From positions 186,001 to 250,000 of the forward strand of contig NW_002060956.1 in NCBI RefSeq assembly GCF_000150275.1: a DNA stretch of 64,000 nt, written 5' to 3'. Under the pieces are notes generated by a model. The model was not told where the DNA came from. It was given only the letters and a program-made list of their open reading frames with translations, and made no database searches. A program made the position numbers and the translations under genes. Source of the DNA: Trichoplax adhaerens (taxonomy: Eukaryota > Animalia > Placozoa). This document shows, one piece after another, positions 63,435 to 64,000 of this stretch. Numbering within the stretch: position 1 is the first letter of the stretch; every line of letters begins with the position of its first letter.

Positions 63435-64000
63435 GTAAGTATCCTTCTTTTATTCATATGGATTGATCTTTCAGCAGTAATATTAAATTCTATCTTATTT
63501 CTAATACTAGTCAAACTCTTCTTCGAGTTACTTGATTCATAACACCCTATACAGTAGACTACCATTAGAATCAATACGAGTAGAACCTTCTTGTATTGCT
63601 ATCTTAACCCACTGCACCTCAGAAAGTCTGAGAACGTGTATAGTCTATTATTGACCTACATTAATGAAATCCATTGATTGGTACATAGACTGCCATAATT
63701 ATAGTCGATATTAAACACTACTTCATGTTCCATTGTTTCATGCTAGCAAAATATGCAGCCTAAAATTAAATCAACCTTCAGTGATAGTCAATGATGATAT
63801 CCTAATCTATTTTGGACCTCCAACTACCGGTATAACGCTAAACGCCGATAATTTATCATCGTGGATAGCTCACAAGAACCAAATATATCTCTCCAAAAAA
63901 ATTGAATCTACATAAACAGTTAGCCTTGATCTATTTGACTTAATTCAATCAGAATTGCCTTCAAATGAATTCACATCTAGCTTCGTCAACGCTACGAAGG

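Noticed and set aside
63439-63446. U12-like donor GTATCCTT in the NEK11-like intron
   Set aside because: It lies after an in-frame TAA; the upstream GTAAGT at 63435 keeps the frame open.
63733-63915. ORF as a second exon of the kinase
   Set aside because: No kinase subdomain II/III motifs; probably intronic.

Overview
AT-rich eukaryotic (animal) genomic DNA with many very short introns. This architecture suggests a compact early-branching animal such as a placozoan, but that is inference and not verified. From left to right the window holds: the 3' part of a CHD6-9/kismet chromatin remodeller (+, about 46 exons, 5' end outside the window); an intronless FoxC (-); a ~31 kb stretch with no recognisable coding gene; FoxQ1 (+); FoxF (+); VPS35 (-), which carries a U12-type minor intron; and the first coding exon of a NEK11-like kinase (+), head-to-head with VPS35. 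The main result is a tight FoxC-FoxQ1-FoxF forkhead cluster. These are three of the four members of the FoxL1/FoxC/FoxF/FoxQ1 cluster known from bilaterians; FoxL1 is missing from its expected position and FoxQ1 and FoxF share an identical intron position. Other signals include an identical 18-bp TACAGTA-based near-palindrome at two promoter-like sites 20 kb apart, five local tandem duplications around FoxQ1/FoxF (one spanning the FoxF stop codon), and weak intronic C/D snoRNA candidates in the CHD gene.
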